Shown: piece by piece, positions 22,716 through 30,750 of the stretch
Numbering within the stretch: the stretch's first letter is position 1
Layout: each line of letters begins with the position of its first letter
DNA from: Polyangiaceae bacterium
GTDB lineage: Bacteria > Myxococcota_A > Polyangia > Polyangiales > Polyangiaceae
Length of the DNA: 32,274 nucleotides
NCBI GenBank assembly: GCA_044222475.1
Contig: JBGANF010000094.1
Coordinates: 1 to 32,274, forward strand
Reading direction: 5' to 3'
Translations under genes and position numbers: made by a program
The notes under the pieces: generated by a model
Told to the model about the DNA's origin: nothing
The model's input: the letters and a program-made list of their open reading frames with translations, nothing else
Databases searched by the model: none

Positions 22716-23612
22716 ATGCGCCGCAGTCCAGCTTCGCCGGCGCGTCGAGCGCTCGCTGCGGCCGTCGTCGTCTTCGTCGGCCTCGCGTCGGCGCTCGCGG
22801 TGGTGCAGCGGATCGCCGTCTCGACCGGCGAGTGCGAAGCCTGGGCGTGGCGGCCTCTCCGCGGGCTGCCCTGGCTGGCGGTGGTGCTCTTGCCGCTGGC
22901 CATCTACGAGCTCGTGGCGCGCATGCGGCCGAGGTCCGCACCGCCGCGCACCGTCGGTGACGGACCCTATCGGCAGAGCCTGGTCGACGAGGTCACTGCT
23001 CCCGCTGTCCGGCCGCGCGCGCACGGCCACCTGCGCGCCCTGATGGCACTCGTGGGGCTCCTCCTCGGGGTCGCCGCCAGCCGACAGGCGGTGTGCCCGT
23101 ATGCCCTGCCGGCGACCTGCCAGGCGGCGACCCACCGGATCGTGATCGTGGGCGTCGGAGAGTTCGACGCGACCCTCGTCGACGAGGTGGCCCGACACTT
23201 CCGCGATTGCTACGGGCTGCCGGTCACCGTCGGCGCACCGTTCGCCGCGCCGCGCAGCGCGTGGAACGCCGAGCGCAACCAGTGGGTCGCCGAGGGTTTG
23301 ATCGCCGCGATCGAGCCCGAGCCCGACGCCATCACGATCGGCGTCACCGCCGACGACATCTTCACCAACCAAGAGGCCTGGCGCTACGCCTTCGGCACGC
23401 GCGACTCCGGTCGTCGGGTGTCCATCCTCTCGACGGCACGCATGCGATCGTTCGCCGGCAACGTGTCCACGGAGCTCGTCCGCAAGTACGTCGCGAGGAC
23501 GATCGCGTTCGAGTACTGCGGGCTCGCGCGCGTGAACGATCCGAAGAGCGTCCGCGCGGCGAGCCTGATGGGCCCGAACGATCTCGAAGCGATCGACGAG
23601 TCGGTGTGGTGA
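22716..23612 (+). CDS. Membrane-anchored archaemetzincin-like protein with a degenerate zinc motif
   Basis: Three N-terminal hydrophobic segments, then AWNAERNQW.AE.L, IGVTADDIF, YAFG, SILSTARM and GL..VNDPKSV...DL..ID, as in peptidase M54-like folds. No HExxH. Confidence 0.6.
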   Translation: MRRSPASPARRALAAAVVVFVGLASALAVVQRIAVSTGECEAWAWRPLRGLPWLAVVLLPLAIYELVARMRPRSAPPRTVGDGPYRQSLVDEVTAPAVRPRAHGHLRALMALVGLLLGVAASRQAVCPYALPATCQAATHRIVIVGVGEFDATLVDEVARHFRDCYGLPVTVGAPFAAPRSAWNAERNQWVAEGLIAAIEPEPDAITIGVTADDIFTNQEAWRYAFGTRDSGRRVSILSTARMRSFAGNVSTELVRKYVARTIAFEYCGLARVNDPKSVRAASLMGPNDLEAIDESVW

Positions 23613-23613
23613 C

Positions 23614-25326
23614 TCAGCCGCCCAGGTACCGATAGATCGACCGCACGCTGACCCCGAGCGCGTCGGCGGCGGCAGCGCGGTCCCCGCCGTGCTTGTCGAC
23701 CACGGCCTTCACGTAGCGCGCGACGAACTCCTCCTTCGCCTCATCGAGCTTGCGATCGAGATCGCCGAGCTCGACCTCGCTCACCGGCACGCGCGCCGGC
23801 GCGTTCAGCTGGAGGTCCTTCGGCGAGATCTCGGTCGCGAGCGCGAGCACCGCAGCGCGACGGATCGCGGCGCGGAGCTCGCGTACGTTGCCCGGCCACG
23901 GGTGAGACACGATCGCACGCTCCGCCGGCTCGCCGAGGCGGCGGGGCGGGAGCCCGAGCTGCTTCTCGGTCTGCCGCAGGAACAGGCGCGCGAGGAGGAG
24001 CACGTCGTTGCCGCGCGCCGCGAGCGGCGGGAGCGTCACCGTGACCTCGCGCAGACGGTACAGGAGGTCCTCGCGGAAGCGACCGGCCCGCACCTCGGCG
24101 TCGAGGTCCTTGTGGGTCGCCGCGATCAAGCGGAAGTCGACCTTGCGCGGCTCGTTTTCGCCGACTCGAACCACCTCGCGTTGCTCGAGGACGCGCAGGA
24201 GCGCGGCCTGCATCCCGAGCGGCATGTCGCCGGCCTCGTCGAGGAAGAGCGTCGAGCCGTCGGCCTGCTCGATCTTGCCGATGCGGTCGGTGACGGCGCC
24301 GGTGAACGAGCCCTTCTTCGCACCGAAGAGCTCGGCCGCGAGCAGCCCCTCGGGGACGGCCGAGCAGTTGATCGCGACCATCGGTTTCCCGCGGCGCCGG
24401 CTCGCGGCGTGGATGGCCTGCGCCGCGACCTCCTTGCCGGAGCCGGTCTCGCCGGCGAGGAGCACGCTGAGGTCGCTCGGGGCGACGCGAGAGACGATCG
24501 AGCGGAGCTCGACCATCTTCTCGGACTCGCCGACGAGCAGCCCCTCGACGGTGGCGGACTCGGCGCTCTCGCTCGAGCGGGCGCGGAGCTGTACCAAAAG
24601 GGGAACGGCGAGCTGGGCGACGAGCGCGACGTCGTCGGCGATCTTCGGAGAGAACGGCGCGCGCACGTCGCGCTTGCCCAGGAAGAGCGCGCCCACGACC
24701 CCGCCGTGCAGCTTCATCGGCACGCAGAGCATCGTGCGGAGTCGCATTGCGACGACCGACGGAATGCGTGCATACCTCACGCTTTCGGAGGCGTCGCCCA
24801 CGCGGACGGTGGCGCCCTGACCGAGGACCTCCCGAACGACCGTGTCGGACAGGAGGAGCTCCGCGCCCTCGGCCCGGCTCCCGTCGCGCTGTCGAGCCGC
24901 GGCGACCGTGTAGTCGGCGCCGTCGCGCAGCAGCACGGCGCCGCTGTCGGCGTCGGCGGCGGCGAGCATCTCGTGCAGGAGCCCTTCGAGGGCCTCCGCC
25001 GGGGTCTTCGCATCGGCCAGGGTCTCGGCGAAGCGCGCCCCCGCGAGCCCTCGATCGCTCGTCTCCGGCCGCTTGAGCGTGACCTCGACGCCGTCGACCA
25101 CGAGCGGTCGCCCGGGGAGAAGCTCGTGGGTCGTCTTCGTCGCGAGCTGGCGAAACGTGAATTTCTCGCCTTCGCGTTTGACGAGCGCCCACTCCTTGGC
25201 CACGGTGACGAGCCGAAGATCCGCGTCCGGCGCCGATCCGATCGTGGTAAGCACCCGAAGGAGCGGCACCCGCACGGGGAGCGCGTTCGGTAGAACCACG
25301 ATGGACAGCTCGAGCTCGTCGGTCAT
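23614..25326 (-). CDS. Sigma54-dependent enhancer-binding protein (degenerate FHA - GAF - AAA+ - Fis HTH), 570 aa
   Basis: GETGSGKE, ELFGAKKGSFTGA, LFLDEAG, RFREDLLYRL, WPGNVREL and HTH AADALGVSVRSIYRYL. GAF (RTMLCVPM..VVGALFL). N-terminal LTTIGSAPDADLRL is FHA-like. Confidence 0.93.
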   Translation of the reverse strand: MTDELELSIVVLPNALPVRVPLLRVLTTIGSAPDADLRLVTVAKEWALVKREGEKFTFRQLATKTTHELLPGRPLVVDGVEVTLKRPETSDRGLAGARFAETLADAKTPAEALEGLLHEMLAAADADSGAVLLRDGADYTVAAARQRDGSRAEGAELLLSDTVVREVLGQGATVRVGDASESVRYARIPSVVAMRLRTMLCVPMKLHGGVVGALFLGKRDVRAPFSPKIADDVALVAQLAVPLLVQLRARSSESAESATVEGLLVGESEKMVELRSIVSRVAPSDLSVLLAGETGSGKEVAAQAIHAASRRRGKPMVAINCSAVPEGLLAAELFGAKKGSFTGAVTDRIGKIEQADGSTLFLDEAGDMPLGMQAALLRVLEQREVVRVGENEPRKVDFRLIAATHKDLDAEVRAGRFREDLLYRLREVTVTLPPLAARGNDVLLLARLFLRQTEKQLGLPPRRLGEPAERAIVSHPWPGNVRELRAAIRRAAVLALATEISPKDLQLNAPARVPVSEVELGDLDRKLDEAKEEFVARYVKAVVDKHGGDRAAAADALGVSVRSIYRYLGG

Positions 25327-27625
25327 GAGCGATGCGGTGACGGCCGTTGGGCCTTACCGCGTCGTTGGGGCCCTCGGCGAGGGCGGTGTCGGGCGAGTGT
25401 ACCAAGCCGTGAGCCCCAAAGGGGAGCGGGTCGCGATCAAGGTCCTCGCCGAGAAGGAGAGCATCGCCGACCCCCTCCTGCGCGCCCGCTTCGAGCGAGA
25501 AATGAGGGCGCTCGAGAAGATCTCCGACGCCGCGGTCGTGCCTTTCCTCGACTCGGGATCGGACGCCGCGCTCGGTCCGTACCTCGTGATGGGCCTCGTC
25601 GAAGGGAAGACCCTCGGCGAGCTCGGTCGCGGCAAGAAGCTGTGCCCCGAGGCGGTGCTCCTCCTCGTGCACGCGCTCGCCGGCGGCGTCCTCGCGATCC
25701 ACCGCGCCGGGCTCGTCCACCGCGATCTCAAGCCGGACAACGTGATCGTGACGCCGCAGGGAAAGGTCGTCATCGTCGACTTCGGGCTCGCGATCTCCGG
25801 CGAGTCGTCGCGGCACACGGCGATCGGTACCGTCGCGGGATCGGTGCCGTACATGTCCCCCGAGCAGATCGAAGGCAAGGATCTGACGACCGCGACGGAC
25901 GTGTGGTCGCTCGGCGTCATCGCTCACGAGCTCCTCGCGGGGAAGCGCCCGTTCCAGCGGTCGTCGCAGTCGGAGGAGGTCGCCGCGATCCTCGCCGGCT
26001 CGCACCCGAAGACCGCGACGGTCGATCGTCGCGTCGCACCCGAGATCGCGGCGCTCGTCGATCAGTGCCTCGCTCCGAACGCGAGTGATCGGCCCGCGGC
26101 CGAGACGCTGCGCGGTCGCATCGAGCTCGCGCTCGACTGGGTGACCCTCGGCGACATCCCGAAGGAGCTCGCCGCGATCGCGGACGACCCCGAGGGGTAC
26201 GGGGAGCGCGTCGCCGATCGTCGCGTCACGACCCTCAAGGGCCGCGCGAAGGACGCTCTCGCGAAGGGCCAGCGGATGGCGGCCATGGCGTTGATCGATC
26301 GCGCGCTCGCCTACCGCGAAGGCGACGCCGAGCTCGCCGCGCTCGTGAACGAGGCCGAGTCCGCCAAGGCGCCGCCGTCGTCGCGCGCCGCGCCCGCGCC
26401 CGGCGCGCGCTCGCGGATCCTGCGCATCGCCGCCATCCCGGTGATGCTCGTGCTCGCTGCCGGTGGTGGTGCGCTCGGCTACCGCGCCTTCAACGGGCCG
26501 AGCGCAGCGCTTCCTTCCGCGCTCCCGTCCGCCCGACCCGAGCCGCCCGTCGCAAGCGCGATCGCCTCGGCATCCGCCAGCGCCTCCGCGCTCGCCGTCG
26601 CTCCGACTGGACCGCTCCCGTTCCCCGATTTCGTCCCGATCGATCCGGCGTCGCTCGCGAACGACGCCAAGCCCGAGCCGCTCAAGGACATCGCCAAGCC
26701 CGGCGAGGCCCTCGTCCCGGCGCGCCTCTTGGGGAGCGCCGGTCCGGCCGGCGCGCTCGCGTCGATCGAGAAGCAGCTCCGAGACAAACCGGGTGACGTG
26801 GATCTCTCGGTCGGTCGCGCGCTCGCGCTCCTCGGGAACAATCGTACCAAAGAGGGATTGGACGAGCTCGCTCGGCTGGAGAAGGAGCACCCCGAGGCCT
26901 CGATCGTCTGGTCGTCGAAGGGCTACGTGGCGATGCGGCAAGGCGCCCTCGACGACGCCGACACGTTCCTCTCCAAGGCCATCGCGATCGATCCGAAGGA
27001 GGTCACGCCGCTGCGGAACCGGGGCATCCTCCGCGCGCACGCCGGGCGCATGCGCGACGGATACGTCGACCTCGTCGCCGCGCTGATGCTCGCCGCCGAC
27101 GACGTCGAAGCGTTGAAGGACCTCGCGCGCGTGTACGACCGGGCAGGTCACCGCGCCGACGCGGTGCCGATCATCAAGCGCTTGCTCCGCGTGCGCCCGA
27201 ACGACGCCGAGATGTGGGTCGATCTCTCGATCGCCCAGAAGGACCTCGACGAGTCGCAGAAGAGCGTCGAAAAGGCGCTCGCCATCGATCCGAAGTTCGT
27301 CCGCGCCCACGTGCGGCTCTGCGCCGTCCTCTCCGAGAAGGAGTCGCCCGAGGCGATCGGCGTGTGCACCCACGCGGTGGAGCTCGCACCGAACGACGGC
27401 GGGGCGTACAACAACCGGGCGATGGCCTACTACAAAGCCGGCGACGACAAGGCGGCGCTCCGCGACCTCGACAAAGCGCTCGTCCTCGAGCCCAAGTCGA
27501 CGAGCTACTGGACCAACCGCTACCTCGTCCGCATGCACGCCGGACAGAGCGGTGCCGCTCGCGCCGATCTCGCGAAGGCCTGCGACCTCGGCTCCGAAGC
27601 CGCGTGCGACGAGCTGAAGAAGTGA
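25325..27625 (+). CDS. Membrane Ser/Thr protein kinase with extracytoplasmic TPR repeats, ~766 aa
   Basis: GEGGVGRVY, VAIK, HRDLKPDN, DFGLA, YMSPEQ, DVWSLG. TM helix ILRIAAIPVMLVLAAGGGALGY. TPRs (KAIAIDPK, KALAIDPK, AVELAPND, KALVLEPK). Alternative starts at 25301 and 25337. Confidence 0.92.
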   Translation: MSDAVTAVGPYRVVGALGEGGVGRVYQAVSPKGERVAIKVLAEKESIADPLLRARFEREMRALEKISDAAVVPFLDSGSDAALGPYLVMGLVEGKTLGELGRGKKLCPEAVLLLVHALAGGVLAIHRAGLVHRDLKPDNVIVTPQGKVVIVDFGLAISGESSRHTAIGTVAGSVPYMSPEQIEGKDLTTATDVWSLGVIAHELLAGKRPFQRSSQSEEVAAILAGSHPKTATVDRRVAPEIAALVDQCLAPNASDRPAAETLRGRIELALDWVTLGDIPKELAAIADDPEGYGERVADRRVTTLKGRAKDALAKGQRMAAMALIDRALAYREGDAELAALVNEAESAKAPPSSRAAPAPGARSRILRIAAIPVMLVLAAGGGALGYRAFNGPSAALPSALPSARPEPPVASAIASASASASALAVAPTGPLPFPDFVPIDPASLANDAKPEPLKDIAKPGEALVPARLLGSAGPAGALASIEKQLRDKPGDVDLSVGRALALLGNNRTKEGLDELARLEKEHPEASIVWSSKGYVAMRQGALDDADTFLSKAIAIDPKEVTPLRNRGILRAHAGRMRDGYVDLVAALMLAADDVEALKDLARVYDRAGHRADAVPIIKRLLRVRPNDAEMWVDLSIAQKDLDESQKSVEKALAIDPKFVRAHVRLCAVLSEKESPEAIGVCTHAVELAPNDGGAYNNRAMAYYKAGDDKAALRDLDKALVLEPKSTSYWTNRYLVRMHAGQSGAARADLAKACDLGSEAACDELKK

Positions 27626-28476
27626 CCGACGTCCCGCTCGGCCGCTTCGCGCGTCTCCCGATCCTGCGCTTCGGCGGGCCGGGCGCGTTCCTCGCGCTCG
27701 ACCCGGACGACGCGCGCCCCGGCGCGCCGGTCGTGCTCCTGCCGGGAGCGGAGATCCCCGACGGCGCGAAGGAGGGCGACGAGCTCTCGGTGTTCATCTA
27801 CCTCGACTCGGAGCACCGCCCCGTCGCGACGCTGAAGGCGCCGATCCTCGAGCTCGGCGAGGTCGGCTTCCTCACCGTGAGCGACGTCACCGGTCACGGC
27901 GCGTTCGTCGACTGGGGCATGCCGAAGGAGCTCCTCGTCCCGCTCGCCGAGCAGACCGCGCCGATGAAGAAGGGCGAGCGCTACGCCGTCGGGGTCGTCG
28001 TCGATCGCACCGGGCGCCTCGGCGCGACGATGCGCGTCGCCGAGATGATGAAGGAGCGCGGTAAGTTTGCCGCCGGCGAGTGGGTCACCGGCGAGGCCTG
28101 GCGCAACGATCCCGAGGTCGGGCTCTTCGTCATCGTCGAGCATCGCTACGTCGGTCTCGTGCCTCGCACCGAGCCCCACGCGCTGTCGCGGGGAGAATCG
28201 GCTCGATTTCGGATCGCGAACGTCCTCGGAGACGGCAAGATCGTCCTCACTCTCCGCGCGCACGCTCACGAGGAGCAGGAGGGCGACGCGAAGCGCATCC
28301 TCGACGTGCTCCGTCGCTCGGCGCCGAAGGTGGGCGACAAGTCCGATCCCGAGGAGATCCGCCGCCTCTTCGGGCTCAGCAAAAAGGCGTTCAAGCGCGG
28401 GGTGGGGAAGCTCCTCAAGGATCGCGCCGTCGAGATCGACGCGAGCGGCTTCCTGAAGCCGGCGAAGGGGAAATGA
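27622..28476 (+). CDS. cvfB: CvfB/YitL-family S1 RNA-binding protein with a winged helix, 284 aa
   Basis: GAFL..VLLP..E, VFIYLDSE.RPVAT, GAFVDWGMPKELLVPLAEQ, DKSDPEEIRRLFGLSKKAFKRGVGKLLK. GTGA overlap with the kinase stop. Confidence 0.88.
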   Translation: MTDVPLGRFARLPILRFGGPGAFLALDPDDARPGAPVVLLPGAEIPDGAKEGDELSVFIYLDSEHRPVATLKAPILELGEVGFLTVSDVTGHGAFVDWGMPKELLVPLAEQTAPMKKGERYAVGVVVDRTGRLGATMRVAEMMKERGKFAAGEWVTGEAWRNDPEVGLFVIVEHRYVGLVPRTEPHALSRGESARFRIANVLGDGKIVLTLRAHAHEEQEGDAKRILDVLRRSAPKVGDKSDPEEIRRLFGLSKKAFKRGVGKLLKDRAVEIDASGFLKPAKGK

Positions 28477-28477
28477 C

Positions 28478-28975
28478 GTGAGCCGTTCGTGGGTTGCGGT
28501 CGTGGTCGTCGTCGTCGCGTGTACCAAAACGGGACAGCCCGAGGTGCAGCCGAGCGCGTCGGCGCCGAGCGCATCGGCGGCGGCCTCCGCGACGCCGGCG
28601 GTCACCGCGAGCGCTCCGCCGAGCAGCACGTGCGACGGTCTCGACAAGACCCCATGCGTCCTCCACCCGGGTTGCATCCTCGATCAGCCGCCGGCCGGTG
28701 GCTACCTGTGTCGCGAAGCGAAGAACGACTGCGAGCGAGCCGTGCGCCACGCCGACGTCATCGGAGTCGACGTCAAAGGCGTCACCGCGGCCGAGGCGAG
28801 CGCGGCGCCCGGCAAATGCACCAGGACTCCGGGCTGCGTCGTCGCCGGCGGAAAGTGCTCGTGCCCCTGTCACGTCTTCGGCGGCTGCGACTGCTCCTGC
28901 GGTGGCGGGTGGCTCTCGCGCTGCGTCCCCAAGGCCGAAGCCGCGAGCCTCGACGGATTCCCGACGAAGCACTGA
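28478..28975 (+). CDS. Cys-rich lipoprotein, 165 aa
   Basis: MSRSWVAVVVVVVAC lipobox, Ala/Ser/Pro linker, 14 further Cys with an internal repeat (C..HPGC / C..TPGC) and CSCPC..CDCSC. Confidence 0.78.
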   Translation: MSRSWVAVVVVVVACTKTGQPEVQPSASAPSASAAASATPAVTASAPPSSTCDGLDKTPCVLHPGCILDQPPAGGYLCREAKNDCERAVRHADVIGVDVKGVTAAEASAAPGKCTRTPGCVVAGGKCSCPCHVFGGCDCSCGGGWLSRCVPKAEAASLDGFPTKH

Positions 28976-28978
28976 CGA

Positions 28979-30340
28979 TCACGGCATGACGAAGCACGTC
29001 ACGTAGCGGTGGCGGAGGAACGCCGCGGCGTCGATCTTGAGGCTCGAAGTGCCGGCGACGTAGAGCTTGCCGCCCTTCTCGCGGATCGCGTCGACCGATT
29101 GCGACGGGACGGGGAGGGCGAACGTGCGGAGGAGGGTGCCGTTCGCGTCGCTGCGCACCTCGCAGTCGCCATACTGAGTGCATGCGACGATCTCCGAGCC
29201 GACGTGGATCACGTGGGTGAAGATCGGATCGGCGGTGCTGGTCTTGCCGACCGCGCTCAGCGCGGACCACGCGAGCGGCCCGCCGTCGGTGGTGGCGTAC
29301 GCGCCGAGGAACGCGAGCTTCGCGCCGCCGGCGTCGACCAACGACGCGCCGCTGCCGAGGGTCCCGCGCAACGCCCCGGCGACGACGACGCGCGGGTCGT
29401 TCACGAAGCCGGTCGTGGGGCTGTATCCGGGAGACGTCGCCGTCGACGCTCCGTACCAGGTGGTGCTCGCGAGGATCGCGCCATCGTTCGCTGCGAGCTG
29501 CGCCAGCAGAAGATCGCCGACGAACTTGCCCGACGCGCGCGTCTGCGCGGCGAGGGCGATCTCGCCGCCGGCGAGCGGTGCGGCGACGACGGTTTGTCCG
29601 GTCCCTCCGGAACCGAGCGCCGTCGCCCACGTGACCGCCCCGGTGTCTCCCGCGACTCGAATCGCCCAGATGCTCGCCGCGGCGGTGGTGAACCCGTCGA
29701 ACGTCTTGGCCGTGGGGTTCGATTGGGAGCCCGCAAGGAGCACGTCTCCGCCAGGGAGGACGGTGAGGACGTTCGCGTCACCGACGGCCGGCCACGACTT
29801 GCGCCAAGCGATCGTGCCGGCGGACGTGCGTCGCTCGAGCACCACGCGGAACGTGCTCGGACCGCCGTCGATCGAGGCGGTCTCGCCGCCGCCGAAGAAG
29901 CGGTCGCCTCCGGGGTGAACGCCTACCAGCGCGTACTCGTCGGGGCCCGGGAGGTCGGTGACCGTCGCGGCGACCTGCGTGAGCGCCCCGAGGTCGAGCT
30001 CGACGAAGAGCCCATCGGTCCCGGCCGGCGTCAGCGTGGTGCCGCCGAAGGTCTGCGGCGACTCGGCTCGGCTCACGAGCAGGAGGCTGCCGCCTGCGAT
30101 CGCGATGTCGTTCCATCGCGTCGACGCCGTCCCCGCAGTGTCGGCCGACCAGGTGCCGCACTGGACGAGCGAGGCGTCCAACGCCGCGTCGACCGCGCCG
30201 TCGACGGTCGGTGCGTCCGTGCCGCCGTCGTTCGGTGGCGTCACCGAGTCGCTCCCGCAGGCGAACACCGCGAGCGCGCCCGCGGCCGCACCGCCGGCGA
30301 TGATGCACGCAACGCGAATTCGGGTGCGGAACGTCTGCAT
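28979..30340 (-). CDS. Probable beta-propeller lipoprotein, 453 aa
   Basis: ATG 30340 with SD GAGGGA and upstream TGgTAGAAC. Lipobox AVFAC-GSD, DGG/DAA linker, repeats ending G...W (SAGTIAW, TGAVTW, DGGPLAW). Confidence 0.75.
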   Translation of the reverse strand: MQTFRTRIRVACIIAGGAAAGALAVFACGSDSVTPPNDGGTDAPTVDGAVDAALDASLVQCGTWSADTAGTASTRWNDIAIAGGSLLLVSRAESPQTFGGTTLTPAGTDGLFVELDLGALTQVAATVTDLPGPDEYALVGVHPGGDRFFGGGETASIDGGPSTFRVVLERRTSAGTIAWRKSWPAVGDANVLTVLPGGDVLLAGSQSNPTAKTFDGFTTAAASIWAIRVAGDTGAVTWATALGSGGTGQTVVAAPLAGGEIALAAQTRASGKFVGDLLLAQLAANDGAILASTTWYGASTATSPGYSPTTGFVNDPRVVVAGALRGTLGSGASLVDAGGAKLAFLGAYATTDGGPLAWSALSAVGKTSTADPIFTHVIHVGSEIVACTQYGDCEVRSDANGTLLRTFALPVPSQSVDAIREKGGKLYVAGTSSLKIDAAAFLRHRYVTCFVMP

Positions 30341-30405
30341 CGCCAGCTCCCTCGTTCTACCACTCTTTTCGCGCGCGCTCTCGCTACCGTGATAGCCAAC
30401 GGTCG

Positions 30406-30750
30406 ATGTCACGCGCTCCCGGGACCCGTGTGATCCACGCGTCGCTCGCGCTCACGGTGCTCGCGATGGTGCTCGTCATGGGCGTCGTCGCGCACGTCTA
30501 CTTCGGGAGCGGCGAGTATGCGTCGGCTCAGCGTCGGTTCGCGTACGGGCTCCTTGCGACGGTGCACGGATCCCTGTCCGCGGTCGCGGTGATCCTCGCA
30601 CTCGTCGGATCGGTGCGGGCACGCCGGGCCGGCGCGCCACGCACCGCGCGCTTCGCGATCGTCGGAGCGCTCCTCGCGGCGTTCGGCTTCACCGGCACCG
30701 CGACCGTAGTCGTGTTCTGGGCGATGGCCGGTCAGCTTCCGGCGAACTGA
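30406..30750 (+). CDS. Small membrane protein with three TM helices, ~114 aa
   Basis: Three hydrophobic stretches separated by basic loops. Start could also be GTG 30430. The 3' end overlaps pmbA by 19 nt. Confidence 0.6.
   Translation: MSRAPGTRVIHASLALTVLAMVLVMGVVAHVYFGSGEYASAQRRFAYGLLATVHGSLSAVAVILALVGSVRARRAGAPRTARFAIVGALLAAFGFTGTATVVVFWAMAGQLPAN

Larger units (their letters stand above)
100..28535. repeat. Dispersed 15-bp imperfect palindrome GTMCC-N5(AT-rich)-GGKAC, at least 11 copies
   Basis: Copies start at 100, 6956, 7929, 9343, 14446, 17502, 19583, 22654, 24591, 26844 and 28521; sequences are listed in the findings. Confidence 0.65.

Noticed and set aside
25827..25841. GTACCGTCGCGGGAT as a twelfth copy of the dispersed motif
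   Set aside because: The arms match, but the spacer is GC-rich, so it is compatible with a chance hit; not counted.
23741..27538. 1265-aa - strand ORF and other long Arg/Gly-rich overlapping ORFs (e.g. 20581-22620, 245-1567, 16358-17860, 29009-30433)
   Set aside because: Shadow frames of genes with clear family motifs; they show no motifs or start signals of their own.
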